A stretch of 26,675 nucleotides of DNA, from IMG/VR virus record IMGVR_UViG_2522572021_000010; one strand, given 5' to 3'. The translations under genes were made by a program, and so were the position numbers. This document shows, one piece after another, positions 18,562 through 26,675 of this stretch. This DNA is from a virus (lineage: Duplodnaviria > Heunggongvirae > Uroviricota > Caudoviricetes). Within the stretch, counting starts at the first letter, position 1, and each line of letters starts with the position of its first letter. The notes under the pieces are model-generated. The model was not told where the DNA came from. It saw only the letters and a list, made by a program, of their open reading frames with translations, and ran no database searches.

Positions 18562-19161
18562 GTGCTGATTGGCTATGTAAGGGTATCAACAAATGACCAG
18601 AATACAGACCTGCAACGAAACGCTCTTGTTTGTGCAGGATGTGAACAAATATTTGAAGATAAATTAAGCGGGACAAAGACAGACCGACCGGGATTAAAAC
18701 GCGCTTTAAAGCGCCTTCAAAAAGGTGACACGCTGGTTGTCTGGAAACTGGATCGCCTCGGGCGAAGCATGAAACATCTGATTTCTCTCGTCGGGGAACT
18801 ACGGGAGCGAGGGATTAATTTTCGCAGTCTGACCGACAGCATAGACACATCTTCTCCAATGGGGCGTTTTTTCTTCCACGTGATGGGTGCCCTGGCTGAA
18901 ATGGAACGTGAATTAATTGTTGAACGTACACTGGCCGGGCTGGCGGCAGCGCGCGCAAGGGGGCGCACAGGCGGACGTCGACCGAAGCTGACAAAAGAAC
19001 AGCATGAGCAAATAGCAAGGCTAATCAAAAACGGGCACGACAGAAAACAACTGGCAATAATTTACGGCATTGGCACATCGACGATTTATCGTTATCACCC
19101 TGTAGGCGATATACAGACTGAAGAAACAACCGGGCAGACTCAGGAAAATGAAAACCGCTAA
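18562..19161 (+). CDS. pin: Serine DNA invertase, Hin/Gin/Pin/Cin family
   Basis: GTG start after GGACGGGAG; N-terminus LIGYVRVSTNDQNTDLQRNAL with the catalytic Ser; C-terminal helix-turn-helix (GTSTIYRY). Near-identical over most of its length to the e14 Pin sequence as remembered. Confidence 0.85.
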   Translation: MLIGYVRVSTNDQNTDLQRNALVCAGCEQIFEDKLSGTKTDRPGLKRALKRLQKGDTLVVWKLDRLGRSMKHLISLVGELRERGINFRSLTDSIDTSSPMGRFFFHVMGALAEMERELIVERTLAGLAAARARGRTGGRRPKLTKEQHEQIARLIKNGHDRKQLAIIYGIGTSTIYRYHPVGDIQTEETTGQTQENENR

Positions 19162-19180
19162 TCTGACCATTAGCGGTTTT
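19151..19180. terminator. Bidirectional hairpin between convergent pin and U
   Basis: AAAACCGCTAAT (19151-19162), loop CTGACC, ATTAGCGGTTTT (19169-19180); an A/T run on each side allows termination from both strands. Confidence 0.45.
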
Positions 19181-19189
19181 TGTGTTAAA

Positions 19190-19684
19190 TCAGAACAGCC
19201 CTTTAACTGAACTGGCCGCGCTGTTAAGAGATGATGTCACCTTATCTTTGAATCCGGACAGCATATCACTGAACGATGAGGATTGCAGGCGCTCCCGCAA
19301 ATCCTCATCACAGCGTTCAAGAGTCAGTGAAAATTCTATCTTTTTCGCCTTACCGTAGCGATCAAACTCGGAGCGGGTCGTATTCGTTTCAGTCAGGACA
19401 TACATGCCGTAAATCTGCCCGACGCCATCAATCAAAGGCCAGGGTCGTCCTGTATACGCCTGCGTGGTCAGCAGCGACAGCGACACTTCGCCACCTGTAA
19501 TTTCAGGATAAAGCACACCAGAAAGAACGATGCGATCATCACCTGCACCGATATACTGCCAGCTTGCTGAACGGTTAACGCGTTCATTTTTCACATGCCG
19601 CCAGCTTTTGTTTTGCTGTAACTGCTGATGCGGCAGCGTGCGCAGCTCAAAAACAAACATGCCGTAGATCATCATCATGGCCAT
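19190..19684 (-). CDS. U: Tail protein U (P2 gpU homologue)
   Basis: 164 aa, immediately downstream of the tape measure gene on the minus strand; size and position match P2 U. Confidence 0.8.
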   Translation of the reverse strand: MAMMMIYGMFVFELRTLPHQQLQQNKSWRHVKNERVNRSASWQYIGAGDDRIVLSGVLYPEITGGEVSLSLLTTQAYTGRPWPLIDGVGQIYGMYVLTETNTTRSEFDRYGKAKKIEFSLTLERCDEDLRERLQSSSFSDMLSGFKDKVTSSLNSAASSVKGLF

Positions 19685-19690
19685 GACTCC

Positions 19691-22534
19691 TCAATCTTTA
19701 TCGTAAAAACTGCCACGCCCGGCACGGGCGCGCCGTTCCATTTCTGCCCTGACCATTTCACCGACCAGTTTCGCCAGTTCGCGGGGATTCTGCGTAACAA
19801 CGTTATGCAGATGAACATGAATTTCACCACCAAATCCGGAGGCAACAGGCTCCCGGTTACGGGAAGTTACAGGAACTGATGCCACTGGAGATCGTATAGC
19901 CTCCGCCACCGGGCGGGAGCTGGCCGCAACAACAGGGACCAGCGCCGGAGGCAGCGGAGCCGGGACCACGGGTGTGATATTAATTGCGGGGGCAGGCTTA
20001 CTGACCTGCGCAATCTTCCGCTCCTGCCACTCCCCACGAACAGCAAGTGCTCGGGGCAGGTTTTTAAAGACAATATCGCCGGGGCCAATGCGTTTTTTCG
20101 TCTCCTCAACCAGCTTACCTGTGTTATCAGCAATTTTGCTGAGTCTGCGCAGCGTACCGGTATTGCTGTCTGTGAGCGGTTTATTGTCTTTGGGGTTATC
20201 ACCTCCGGTGCCATTGCCATTTTCCACAGGCTTCGGCGGATTGATTTTCGCCAGGTCCCCCTGAAGCAAGGCAACCTTGTCCTGAAGAATGGCCGCACGC
20301 TGTGCGTCTTCGATTTTCTTGCGCGCCCTTTCCGCTTCATCCGGAAGCACACCAAGCTTTTCAAGTATCCACGCCAGCGTATCCAGCAACATTTTTGCAG
20401 GTGTCAGAACAAGTTGTAACGCACCGCCAAGAACGTTACCGAATATCTCGCCAGCACTGGTACATTTATCCAGAGTTTCCTTGCTGGACTCCATCGGTGA
20501 CAGCAGCGATTTAAACCAGTTAAACACCTGGCTGATCCCACTCCCGATTGCGTCAAAAACAGGACCAAACCGTTCAAAGGTTTCGCGCAACGGGGTCAGC
20601 CTTTCCATAATCCCGCTGAACACCCAGGCAAAAAATGCCCTGATGGGATCCCAGTATTTCCAGATAAGAACGGCAGCTCCGGCAAGCGCAGCCACGATAA
20701 GACCAACCGGACTGAACAACGCCCCGATAGCGCCTCCCAGTAAAGAAACGGAACCCGTCACCATTCCCCATAGTGCTGGCAGAACCCTGACAGCATTCAT
20801 TGATCCGGTCAGGAGGGAAAAACCAAGACGCAGTTTTGCCAGCGGGCCAGCAAGCACACCAATAGCCAGCGACAACGAGCCAACCGTTGCAGTCATTGCC
20901 AGCAGTGCACCGCCTGCAATCAGTAGCTGGCGCGTCAGTGCGGGATGGGCCTGCGCCAGCGCCGTCACCTTTGATACCACACGCGTGAGCCACTGCGTGA
21001 CAGAACGCAGCGGACCGTCAATCAGATCTGCAATGCGGATGCGCAACCCTTCCCATGCACTGCTGAGTGATTTCAGATCGCCGTCAAGGTTGTTGGCCAT
21101 AACCTTTGCCGTGCGTTCAGCCTCACCGCGCGCGCCTTCAAGTTCTTTTCTCAGTTTGGGTAAGGAGCCGTCACCTGCCGCATCAACGAGGGCCATAAAT
21201 GATGTGAAAGCCTCTTCTCCGGCAATGTCCTTAAAGAACGATACCCGGTCAACTTCCCCGTATTTGCGGGTAGCTTTATAAAGGTCAGCCAGCACATCCT
21301 CCATCGGGCGCATTTTGCCCCCGGCATCCGAGACAGACACGCCAAGCTCTTTCAGCGCCTCTGCTGCCGCCTTTGGCGGTGATGCCAGACGAGCCAGGCT
21401 GGCACGCATTGCCGTACCAGCATCACTCCCCCTGATACCCATATTCGCCAGCACGCCCGCCATCGCTGCGGCCTGCTCCAGCGATATTCCCAGCTTACCC
21501 GCCACCGGACCTGCATATTTCATGGTTTCACCCAGTGCGCGAAGGTCAGTGTTGGTACGGGTAAACGCTGCGGTGAGTGTGTCGCCGACCCGGTCCATCT
21601 GGTCAGCAGAAAGACCGAACTGCGTCAGAATATTTGAGCCAATATCCGCCGTCTCACCGAGGTCCATACCGCCAGCCGTTGCCATGCTCAGTACGCCAGG
21701 GAGCGCAGCCTGAATGGCCTGTGGTGTAAAGCCAGCCATTGCAAGAAATGCCTGTCCACTGGCGGCATCGCCTGCGGTGAACTGCGTTTCAGAGCCAAGT
21801 TTTAACGCCTGCTCACGCAGCGCCTTAAACTGCGGGCTGTTCTGGTCGATTCGCGTCAGTGCCTGAACGCGGGACATCTCTTTGCCGAACCCGATCGCAG
21901 GCTGCAAAAAACGCCCGGCAGCATAGCCGCCCGCCGCTGCCGCACCAATTGCCAGCGCACCACCTGTTTTCAGTTTTCCCGCTGTTTCCTGCGCGCGCGA
22001 ATACCGCTCACGCGCCCGTGTTACACGCGCAAGCGCCTGCCGTTCGCGTTCAAGCTGGTTGTTGTACTGTTCGGTGCGTCTGATGGCCTGCTGGATGGTG
22101 TTATCGCTGCCTGTCAGGGAAATGCCGTGGCGTTTCAGCTCTCCGCCAAGCTCCCGCATTTTCTGAATTTCCCGTGTGCGCGATTCATTCAGGCGTTCAA
22201 GCCGGGTGCTTAACTGCTGCATCAGCTTTTGTTGTTTTTCGCTGAGCACTGTACCCGTGCGTTGTAACTGATTAAGGGCGTTAAGCTGGCGTCGTGCTTT
22301 CACGATGCCCGCATCCGCTTTACTGACAGCGTCACGGGCGCGCTCAAATGATCGCGCCTGACGCTCGAGATTTTTGATCGCCCCCTGCGTTCGCTGGATG
22401 GAGTCACCAAACTGCCCCATCAGGCGGCGGGCGTTTTCGGCAGGCCGGGTCAGCCTGTCAACGGCGCTGAAAGCGACCCGGATATCAAGAGTCTTCATTG
22501 TCTGCATTCCCGCTACGAAGTGCCGCCCGCTCAC
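19691..22534 (-). CDS. T: Tail tape measure protein (P2 gpT homologue)
   Basis: 947 aa; N-terminal coiled-coil region, central hydrophobic/Gly-Ala-rich segments; position between E/E' and U. Confidence 0.85.
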   Translation of the reverse strand: MSGRHFVAGMQTMKTLDIRVAFSAVDRLTRPAENARRLMGQFGDSIQRTQGAIKNLERQARSFERARDAVSKADAGIVKARRQLNALNQLQRTGTVLSEKQQKLMQQLSTRLERLNESRTREIQKMRELGGELKRHGISLTGSDNTIQQAIRRTEQYNNQLERERQALARVTRARERYSRAQETAGKLKTGGALAIGAAAAGGYAAGRFLQPAIGFGKEMSRVQALTRIDQNSPQFKALREQALKLGSETQFTAGDAASGQAFLAMAGFTPQAIQAALPGVLSMATAGGMDLGETADIGSNILTQFGLSADQMDRVGDTLTAAFTRTNTDLRALGETMKYAGPVAGKLGISLEQAAAMAGVLANMGIRGSDAGTAMRASLARLASPPKAAAEALKELGVSVSDAGGKMRPMEDVLADLYKATRKYGEVDRVSFFKDIAGEEAFTSFMALVDAAGDGSLPKLRKELEGARGEAERTAKVMANNLDGDLKSLSSAWEGLRIRIADLIDGPLRSVTQWLTRVVSKVTALAQAHPALTRQLLIAGGALLAMTATVGSLSLAIGVLAGPLAKLRLGFSLLTGSMNAVRVLPALWGMVTGSVSLLGGAIGALFSPVGLIVAALAGAAVLIWKYWDPIRAFFAWVFSGIMERLTPLRETFERFGPVFDAIGSGISQVFNWFKSLLSPMESSKETLDKCTSAGEIFGNVLGGALQLVLTPAKMLLDTLAWILEKLGVLPDEAERARKKIEDAQRAAILQDKVALLQGDLAKINPPKPVENGNGTGGDNPKDNKPLTDSNTGTLRRLSKIADNTGKLVEETKKRIGPGDIVFKNLPRALAVRGEWQERKIAQVSKPAPAINITPVVPAPLPPALVPVVAASSRPVAEAIRSPVASVPVTSRNREPVASGFGGEIHVHLHNVVTQNPRELAKLVGEMVRAEMERRARAGRGSFYDKD

Positions 22535-23023
22535 GCCAGCTAACCACTTCGCCGGGCGTCATCATGAAGATTTCGGCGGGCGACCAGTTAAAAATGGCGG
22601 CAATATCCGCCACCAGATCTTCGATGTGCTCAAAGCACACCAGGGTGATTACGCTGCCGTCTCCTGCACGCTCTTCGCGCCAGAGTCTGGCTCGCTCATA
22701 AAATTTACAGCCACAGCGCACAACTGAATAAAATCGCGTGACGACATTTTTTTAATCATCACTTCATCCAGTCGTGGCGAGGTCACGCGAGGCAACAGCG
22801 TGAACATGGTATCCGCTTTCAGATTCAGCACATCAGACAGCGACAGACCACGCAGGGATCCAGCCTGCTCAATAGCCCCGGTGATCTCCACATACGTGAT
22901 TTTTTCGCCACCACGCTCAATTGGTCGGGTCAGTTTTACGCCACGTTCGACAGCCATATCCTCAACTGCCGTCACATTATCCGCCACGGTGTTATTCCGG
23001 GTTTCAGTATCGATGTCTTTCAT
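22485..23023 (-). CDS. E+E' fusion chaperone produced by programmed -1 frameshift
   Basis: The -1 frame opens directly after a TAA just before the A7 run and stays open to 22485, overlapping the T start. The predicted junction is ...MIKK then NVVTRFYSVV... Confidence 0.6.
22649..23023 (-). CDS. E: Tail assembly chaperone E (P2 gpE homologue)
   Basis: 124 aa ORF between the tail tube and tape measure genes; contains an A7 slippery run at 22747-22753; LDRPIERG-like motif (LTRPIERGGEKITYVEI). Confidence 0.8.
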   Translation of the reverse strand: MKDIDTETRNNTVADNVTAVEDMAVERGVKLTRPIERGGEKITYVEITGAIEQAGSLRGLSLSDVLNLKADTMFTLLPRVTSPRLDEVMIKKMSSRDFIQLCAVAVNFMSEPDSGAKSVQETAA

Positions 23024-23078
23024 CTGTTGTCTCCTTTTCAGTCAGAGGCGACGCACTGCGCCGCCAGCATATTACTTA

Positions 23079-23591
23079 TCAGCCAAGCCCAAGCGCGGAA
23101 CGGATGCGATCGGGCACAATGTCCTTGCCGTCCTTCCGGTAAATGAAGTTCAGCAGGTCAATCTCCCACAACGGGCGATCGTTAACACTCAGCTTGTAGT
23201 AGGTGTTTTTAATGGCGTAAGTGTGTGATGTGGCTTCGCCCTGTTTGGCTTCCCCCATATCAATTTCCGTCACACGTCCGCGCATTTCGACTTCATACAG
23301 GTCGCTTTCTGCATCGGTGTAGTATTCACCCGCAAAACGCAGCAGCGTGCCGTCAATCGTGCCGCCATACTTAAGGAACAGCTCACGAACTGCGCCCCCC
23401 ATGACAAAGCTCGCATCAAGCGCGGAGTCGTCCAGACCGAGATCAATACTTACCGCACCCATCATGCCACCACCCCGGTAGCTGTCGGTTTTGCGCGTCA
23501 GCTTAGGCAGAGTGACGGACGTCACCTTACCCACTTCGTTTTCACCATCCACAAACAGCGTAAAAAAGCGAAGATGTTTTGGCACAGCCAT
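23079..23591 (-). CDS. FII: Tail tube protein (P2 gpFII homologue)
   Basis: 170 aa; start overlaps the FI stop (ATGA); size matches P2 FII (about 172 aa). Confidence 0.85.
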   Translation of the reverse strand: MAVPKHLRFFTLFVDGENEVGKVTSVTLPKLTRKTDSYRGGGMMGAVSIDLGLDDSALDASFVMGGAVRELFLKYGGTIDGTLLRFAGEYYTDAESDLYEVEMRGRVTEIDMGEAKQGEATSHTYAIKNTYYKLSVNDRPLWEIDLLNFIYRKDGKDIVPDRIRSALGLG

Positions 23592-24775
23592 CAGGCACCT
23601 CCCAGCACCGCAAATGCGGGTTCAAAGTATTCATCAGTAAACGTCTGGTAAAGCTCCATGTCTTCCAGTGGCGGAACGGGCGTATATTTGTAGCGAATAC
23701 GCACACGTCCCTGACGTAAATCCGTGGTGCTGTTATCCACCACGTCATACCAGCACTCCGCGCCAATCAGTTTCCCGGCAGTCACCAGTGAATCCAGTTT
23801 TGCCCTGATGGCACTGATAACATCCTTCACATTCGCAGGCGTCAGTGGACTGTCGATGGTTTCAAACTGCGCTTCCGCAATTGAATCAGCCAGCACCTGT
23901 GCGGTTCGGGTATACACCTCAAAGATGTAGGCGTTCGTTTCCGGTGTGCGGTTACCCCAGAAGCGGAACCCGTTGCGACGAATAATGGTCGTGATTTCTT
24001 TGTTGTTGAGGCTGTTGGCATCGCTGTCTTCGGCCTGCAACGACCAGAACACATGCCTGGACATTCCCAGCACATTTTTAACCGGAACGTTGGACAGCGA
24101 TTTGTGCCAGCCCTGCTCATGGTCAATGTACGCACGAAGGCCGCACGCATAAGCAGGCGCGGGGAACGTTTCGTTTTTGCCACTTTTCGGGTTGTAGGCG
24201 ATGAAGTCAGGCCATAAGAGCATCACCTCACGTTCGTTGAATTTCTGGCGGTAGGTAATCGCCTCAGCCATCGTGTTACAACCATGACATGTGGCATACA
24301 CAAACGCGCGCAGTTTACCTGCAATCACGCACAGGGATTTTGTTACCGCCTCCGTGTCCAGCTCCGGCGCGGCCAGAATACGCGGACGGTATCCGATGCT
24401 TTCATCCTGCTCTGCAACAAGCAGCGCATACATCCCCGTATAGCTGCCGTCATCCTCAGAACCACCGATAACCAGTTGATCCTGCGTCTTTCCGTCTTCT
24501 TCTTTGTGTTCAGCCACGCGAACGACGATCACCTTTGTGCTCACCTGGTCTGCGATGGCCTTAAGCGCACGATAAAGCGTCCCCGTTGTTCCGCATTTTC
24601 CCAGCACGTCATTGACGCGGGTCAGCAGTGTGGGCTTGTTCAGCGGGAACAGCTCCGCGTCCGCATCATCCGCCGTTGCCACGATACCGATAACGCTGGA
24701 ATCAACATCGTTAATCGCTGTTACCAGGTCGGTATTTTCCGTAACACGGGCACCATGAAAACGAGTTTCACTCAT
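23591..24775 (-). CDS. FI: Contractile tail sheath protein (P2 gpFI homologue)
   Basis: 394 aa, against about 396 aa for P2 FI; first gene of the minus-strand tail block. Confidence 0.85.
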   Translation of the reverse strand: MSETRFHGARVTENTDLVTAINDVDSSVIGIVATADDADAELFPLNKPTLLTRVNDVLGKCGTTGTLYRALKAIADQVSTKVIVVRVAEHKEEDGKTQDQLVIGGSEDDGSYTGMYALLVAEQDESIGYRPRILAAPELDTEAVTKSLCVIAGKLRAFVYATCHGCNTMAEAITYRQKFNEREVMLLWPDFIAYNPKSGKNETFPAPAYACGLRAYIDHEQGWHKSLSNVPVKNVLGMSRHVFWSLQAEDSDANSLNNKEITTIIRRNGFRFWGNRTPETNAYIFEVYTRTAQVLADSIAEAQFETIDSPLTPANVKDVISAIRAKLDSLVTAGKLIGAECWYDVVDNSTTDLRQGRVRIRYKYTPVPPLEDMELYQTFTDEYFEPAFAVLGGA

Positions 24776-24932
24776 AGCTTCAGCCCCTTGTATCCGTTAA
24801 ATGATTCGGCAACAATCATCACCCACCACGCGCGTAATCTCACCCCTGCGCCGTTCTCCCGACCCGGCGACAACAAAAAGCAGTAACCCCCTCCGCACAC
24901 ACATGCGACCATGCCGCACAGGGAGGGAGCAG

Positions 24933-26042
24933 ATGACCGACACCACCATGCAATTGCTCAGCCAGGGCACAGACCCCGTAAAAATGCCGGATTTTGATAT
25001 TCTCGCGGAGGGTAAAACGCTGTCCGGCGTGGCAGAGCGCCTGATGAGCCTGTCGCTGACCGACAACCGGGGATTTGAGGCAGACCAGCTCACCATCACG
25101 CTGGATGATGCGGATGGTCAGTTGCAGCTACCGCCACGGGGCGCGCGCCTGACGGTTCTCATTGGCTGGAAAGGCGAACCGCTGACAGAAAAAGGGTCTT
25201 ACATTGTTGATGAAATCGCACACGAAGGACCGCCGGACAGGCTGACTGTTTCAGCCAGAAGCGCAGATTTCCGGGATGAATTTAACGTTAAACGTGAGGT
25301 GTCCTGGCATGATGTGACCGTTGAGCGTGTGGTATCCGCCATCGCTCATCGGTACGGTCTGAAACCGCAAATCAGCGAAATGCTGATGGATATCGAAATC
25401 GACCACGCCGACCAGACCGAAGAAAGTGACATGTCCTTCCTTACGCGCATGGCGGAAATGCTGGGCGCAATCACTACGGTAAAAAGCGGTAATCTGTTAT
25501 TCATCATGCCCGGTGGTGGCGTGAACGCACAGGGCCAGCCGTTGCCATCGTTCGCCATCACGCGCAGCAGCGGCGATCGCCATCAGTTCCGCATTGCTGA
25601 CCGCGAGGCGTATACGGGGGTACGCGCCTACTGGCTTGATCTTAATTACGGGAAAAAGAAAAAAGTCAGCGTGAAACGCCGCAAACCGCCAAAACCGAAA
25701 AAAGAGAAAAGCAGCAGCCGTGAAGGTGATTATATGGAAGGCGCGGAAGGCAATGTGTTTGTGTTACGCAAGACTTATCAGAACGAGCAGGCAGCAAGAC
25801 GCGCAGCGGCGGCAAAGTGGCAACAACTACAACGCGGAGCCGCATCATTCTCCATCACGCTGGCACGTGGACGAGCAGAACTCTACCCCGAAATGCATGG
25901 CACGGTAACAGGATTTAAAAGCGAGATTGATAATCAGGACTGGATTATTGCAAAAGCCGAGCACACCATTGATAACAGCGGCTTTACCACGCAGCTTGAG
26001 CTTGAGGCAAAAATCCCGGAATGGATAGCGGAAACAGAGTGA
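24933..26042 (+). CDS. D: Tail protein D (late control gene D homologue)
   Basis: Start set at the ATG at 24933 after GGGAGGGAG (the ORF track starts upstream at 24801); about 369 aa; Lys-rich internal patch (KKKKVSVKRRKPPKPKKEK); followed by ogr. Confidence 0.8.
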   Translation: MTDTTMQLLSQGTDPVKMPDFDILAEGKTLSGVAERLMSLSLTDNRGFEADQLTITLDDADGQLQLPPRGARLTVLIGWKGEPLTEKGSYIVDEIAHEGPPDRLTVSARSADFRDEFNVKREVSWHDVTVERVVSAIAHRYGLKPQISEMLMDIEIDHADQTEESDMSFLTRMAEMLGAITTVKSGNLLFIMPGGGVNAQGQPLPSFAITRSSGDRHQFRIADREAYTGVRAYWLDLNYGKKKKVSVKRRKPPKPKKEKSSSREGDYMEGAEGNVFVLRKTYQNEQAARRAAAAKWQQLQRGAASFSITLARGRAELYPEMHGTVTGFKSEIDNQDWIIAKAEHTIDNSGFTTQLELEAKIPEWIAETE

Positions 26043-26084
26043 GCAACTTAGAATAGCGGCAGCACCACGTTAAAGGAGGTCGCT

Positions 26085-26345
26085 ATGTTCCGTTGTCCGC
26101 TTTGTGGCGCATCTGCCCGTATCCGCACCAGTCGTCCGGAAAATGATTCAAACACCGTGCGGCAAAAGTATTACCAGTGTAACAACCTGGAATGCGGCGT
26201 ATGCTTCTCAACACTGGAAGCTTTCCATAAATTCACATCGAAACACGCCTCCGGCGTTCACTCATCAGAAGGTATCCCGTGGCATGAGCTGCCAGCTTCA
26301 CACAGGGGAAACAATCAGATGAGTTTGCCTTTACCTCAGAATTAA
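26085..26345 (+). CDS. ogr: Ogr/Delta-family zinc-finger late transcription activator
   Basis: N-terminus MFRCPLCG...YYQCNNLEC carries the Cys4 zinc-binding pattern of Ogr; AAGGAGG ribosome-binding site; last gene of the late region. Confidence 0.85.
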   Translation: MFRCPLCGASARIRTSRPENDSNTVRQKYYQCNNLECGVCFSTLEAFHKFTSKHASGVHSSEGIPWHELPASHRGNNQMSLPLPQN

Positions 26346-26534
26346 CAGGCAGAATTGCCGGAGTAACAAAAAAGCGATAGATTACGTGCGGGTGCCTTTC
26401 GGCTGATGGTCGGAGGGAATACCCGAAGGCCGGATGTGGAAAGGCCCCGGAAAACATTTCTGTTTAACCGAGGCCCTAACCCGTCAACCTAGCAAGTGAT
26501 AGGTTAGCGCCTCTCCAACAAAGGAGCAAGCGCT

Positions 26535-26675
26535 ATGTCGCAAAAATCGCTTACGGCCATCACGTTCTGCGTGACGGTAATCCTCATCATCTGGATGCTG
26601 CACGGTTCGCTGTGTGAAATACGGATGAGCTTCTGGGGAGCGGAGTTTGCGGCGTTCTTACAGTGTAAGCAGTAA
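26535..26675 (+). CDS. Hok/Gef-family type I toxin (small membrane peptide)
   Basis: 46-aa ORF (too short for the ORF track) after AAGGAG: MSQKSLTAITFCVTVILIIWMLHGSLCEIR...AAFLQCKQ. Has the N-terminal transmembrane helix, the SLCEIR motif and the AAF C-terminal pattern of the Hok family; ends exactly at the window edge. Confidence 0.7.
   Translation: MSQKSLTAITFCVTVILIIWMLHGSLCEIRMSFWGAEFAAFLQCKQ

Larger units (their letters stand above)
2627..26345. mobile_element. P2-like prophage late region (Q through ogr), 5'-truncated remnant
   Basis: Collinear set of P2 late-gene homologues (Q P O N M L X, lysis cassette, R S V W J I H, tail fibre assembly, FI FII E T U D ogr). No int, C, cox, B, A or old homologues; left side abuts the IS element. 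Confidence 0.85.

Noticed and set aside
20289-21281. 330-aa plus-strand ORF
   Set aside because: Antisense to the tape measure gene; Ser/Ala/Pro-rich translation typical of a shadow frame.
24776-24932. Ogr-type TGT-N12-ACA promoter element or gix-like recombination site in the FI/D spacer
   Set aside because: The only TGT (24789-24791) is not followed by ACA at the right spacing, and no ACCTCGGTTTAC-like core is present.
26346-26534. attR core, tRNA or tmRNA 3' end marking the prophage right boundary, and a mok reading frame for hok
   Set aside because: No tRNA-like acceptor/T-arm sequence or recognisable att core seen; the only upstream ORF (26406-26492) terminates before hok, so mok was not called.

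Overview
The window is the late (structural and lysis) region of a P2-like (Peduovirus-type) prophage, about 2627-26345, with gene order Q-P / O-N-M-L-X-holin-endolysin-spanins-R-S-V-W-J-I-H-tfa / FI-FII-E-T-U / D-ogr. Its left side is cut off by an IS3-family element that matches IS629 from memory (1317-2626), beyond which lies a disrupted type I restriction-modification methyltransferase gene (hsdM, 1-1316). No integrase, immunity or replication genes are present, so this looks like a defective remnant. Three things stand out: a Pin/Gin-type invertible tail-fibre segment with its own serine invertase (15804-19161); the FI-FII-E-T-U block lying on the opposite strand to H and D/ogr, which differs from the canonical P2 layout as I recall it; and a Hok-family toxin ORF immediately after ogr at the right edge. 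All calls rest on reading the six-frame translations and the DNA by eye against remembered protein families; no database search was run.
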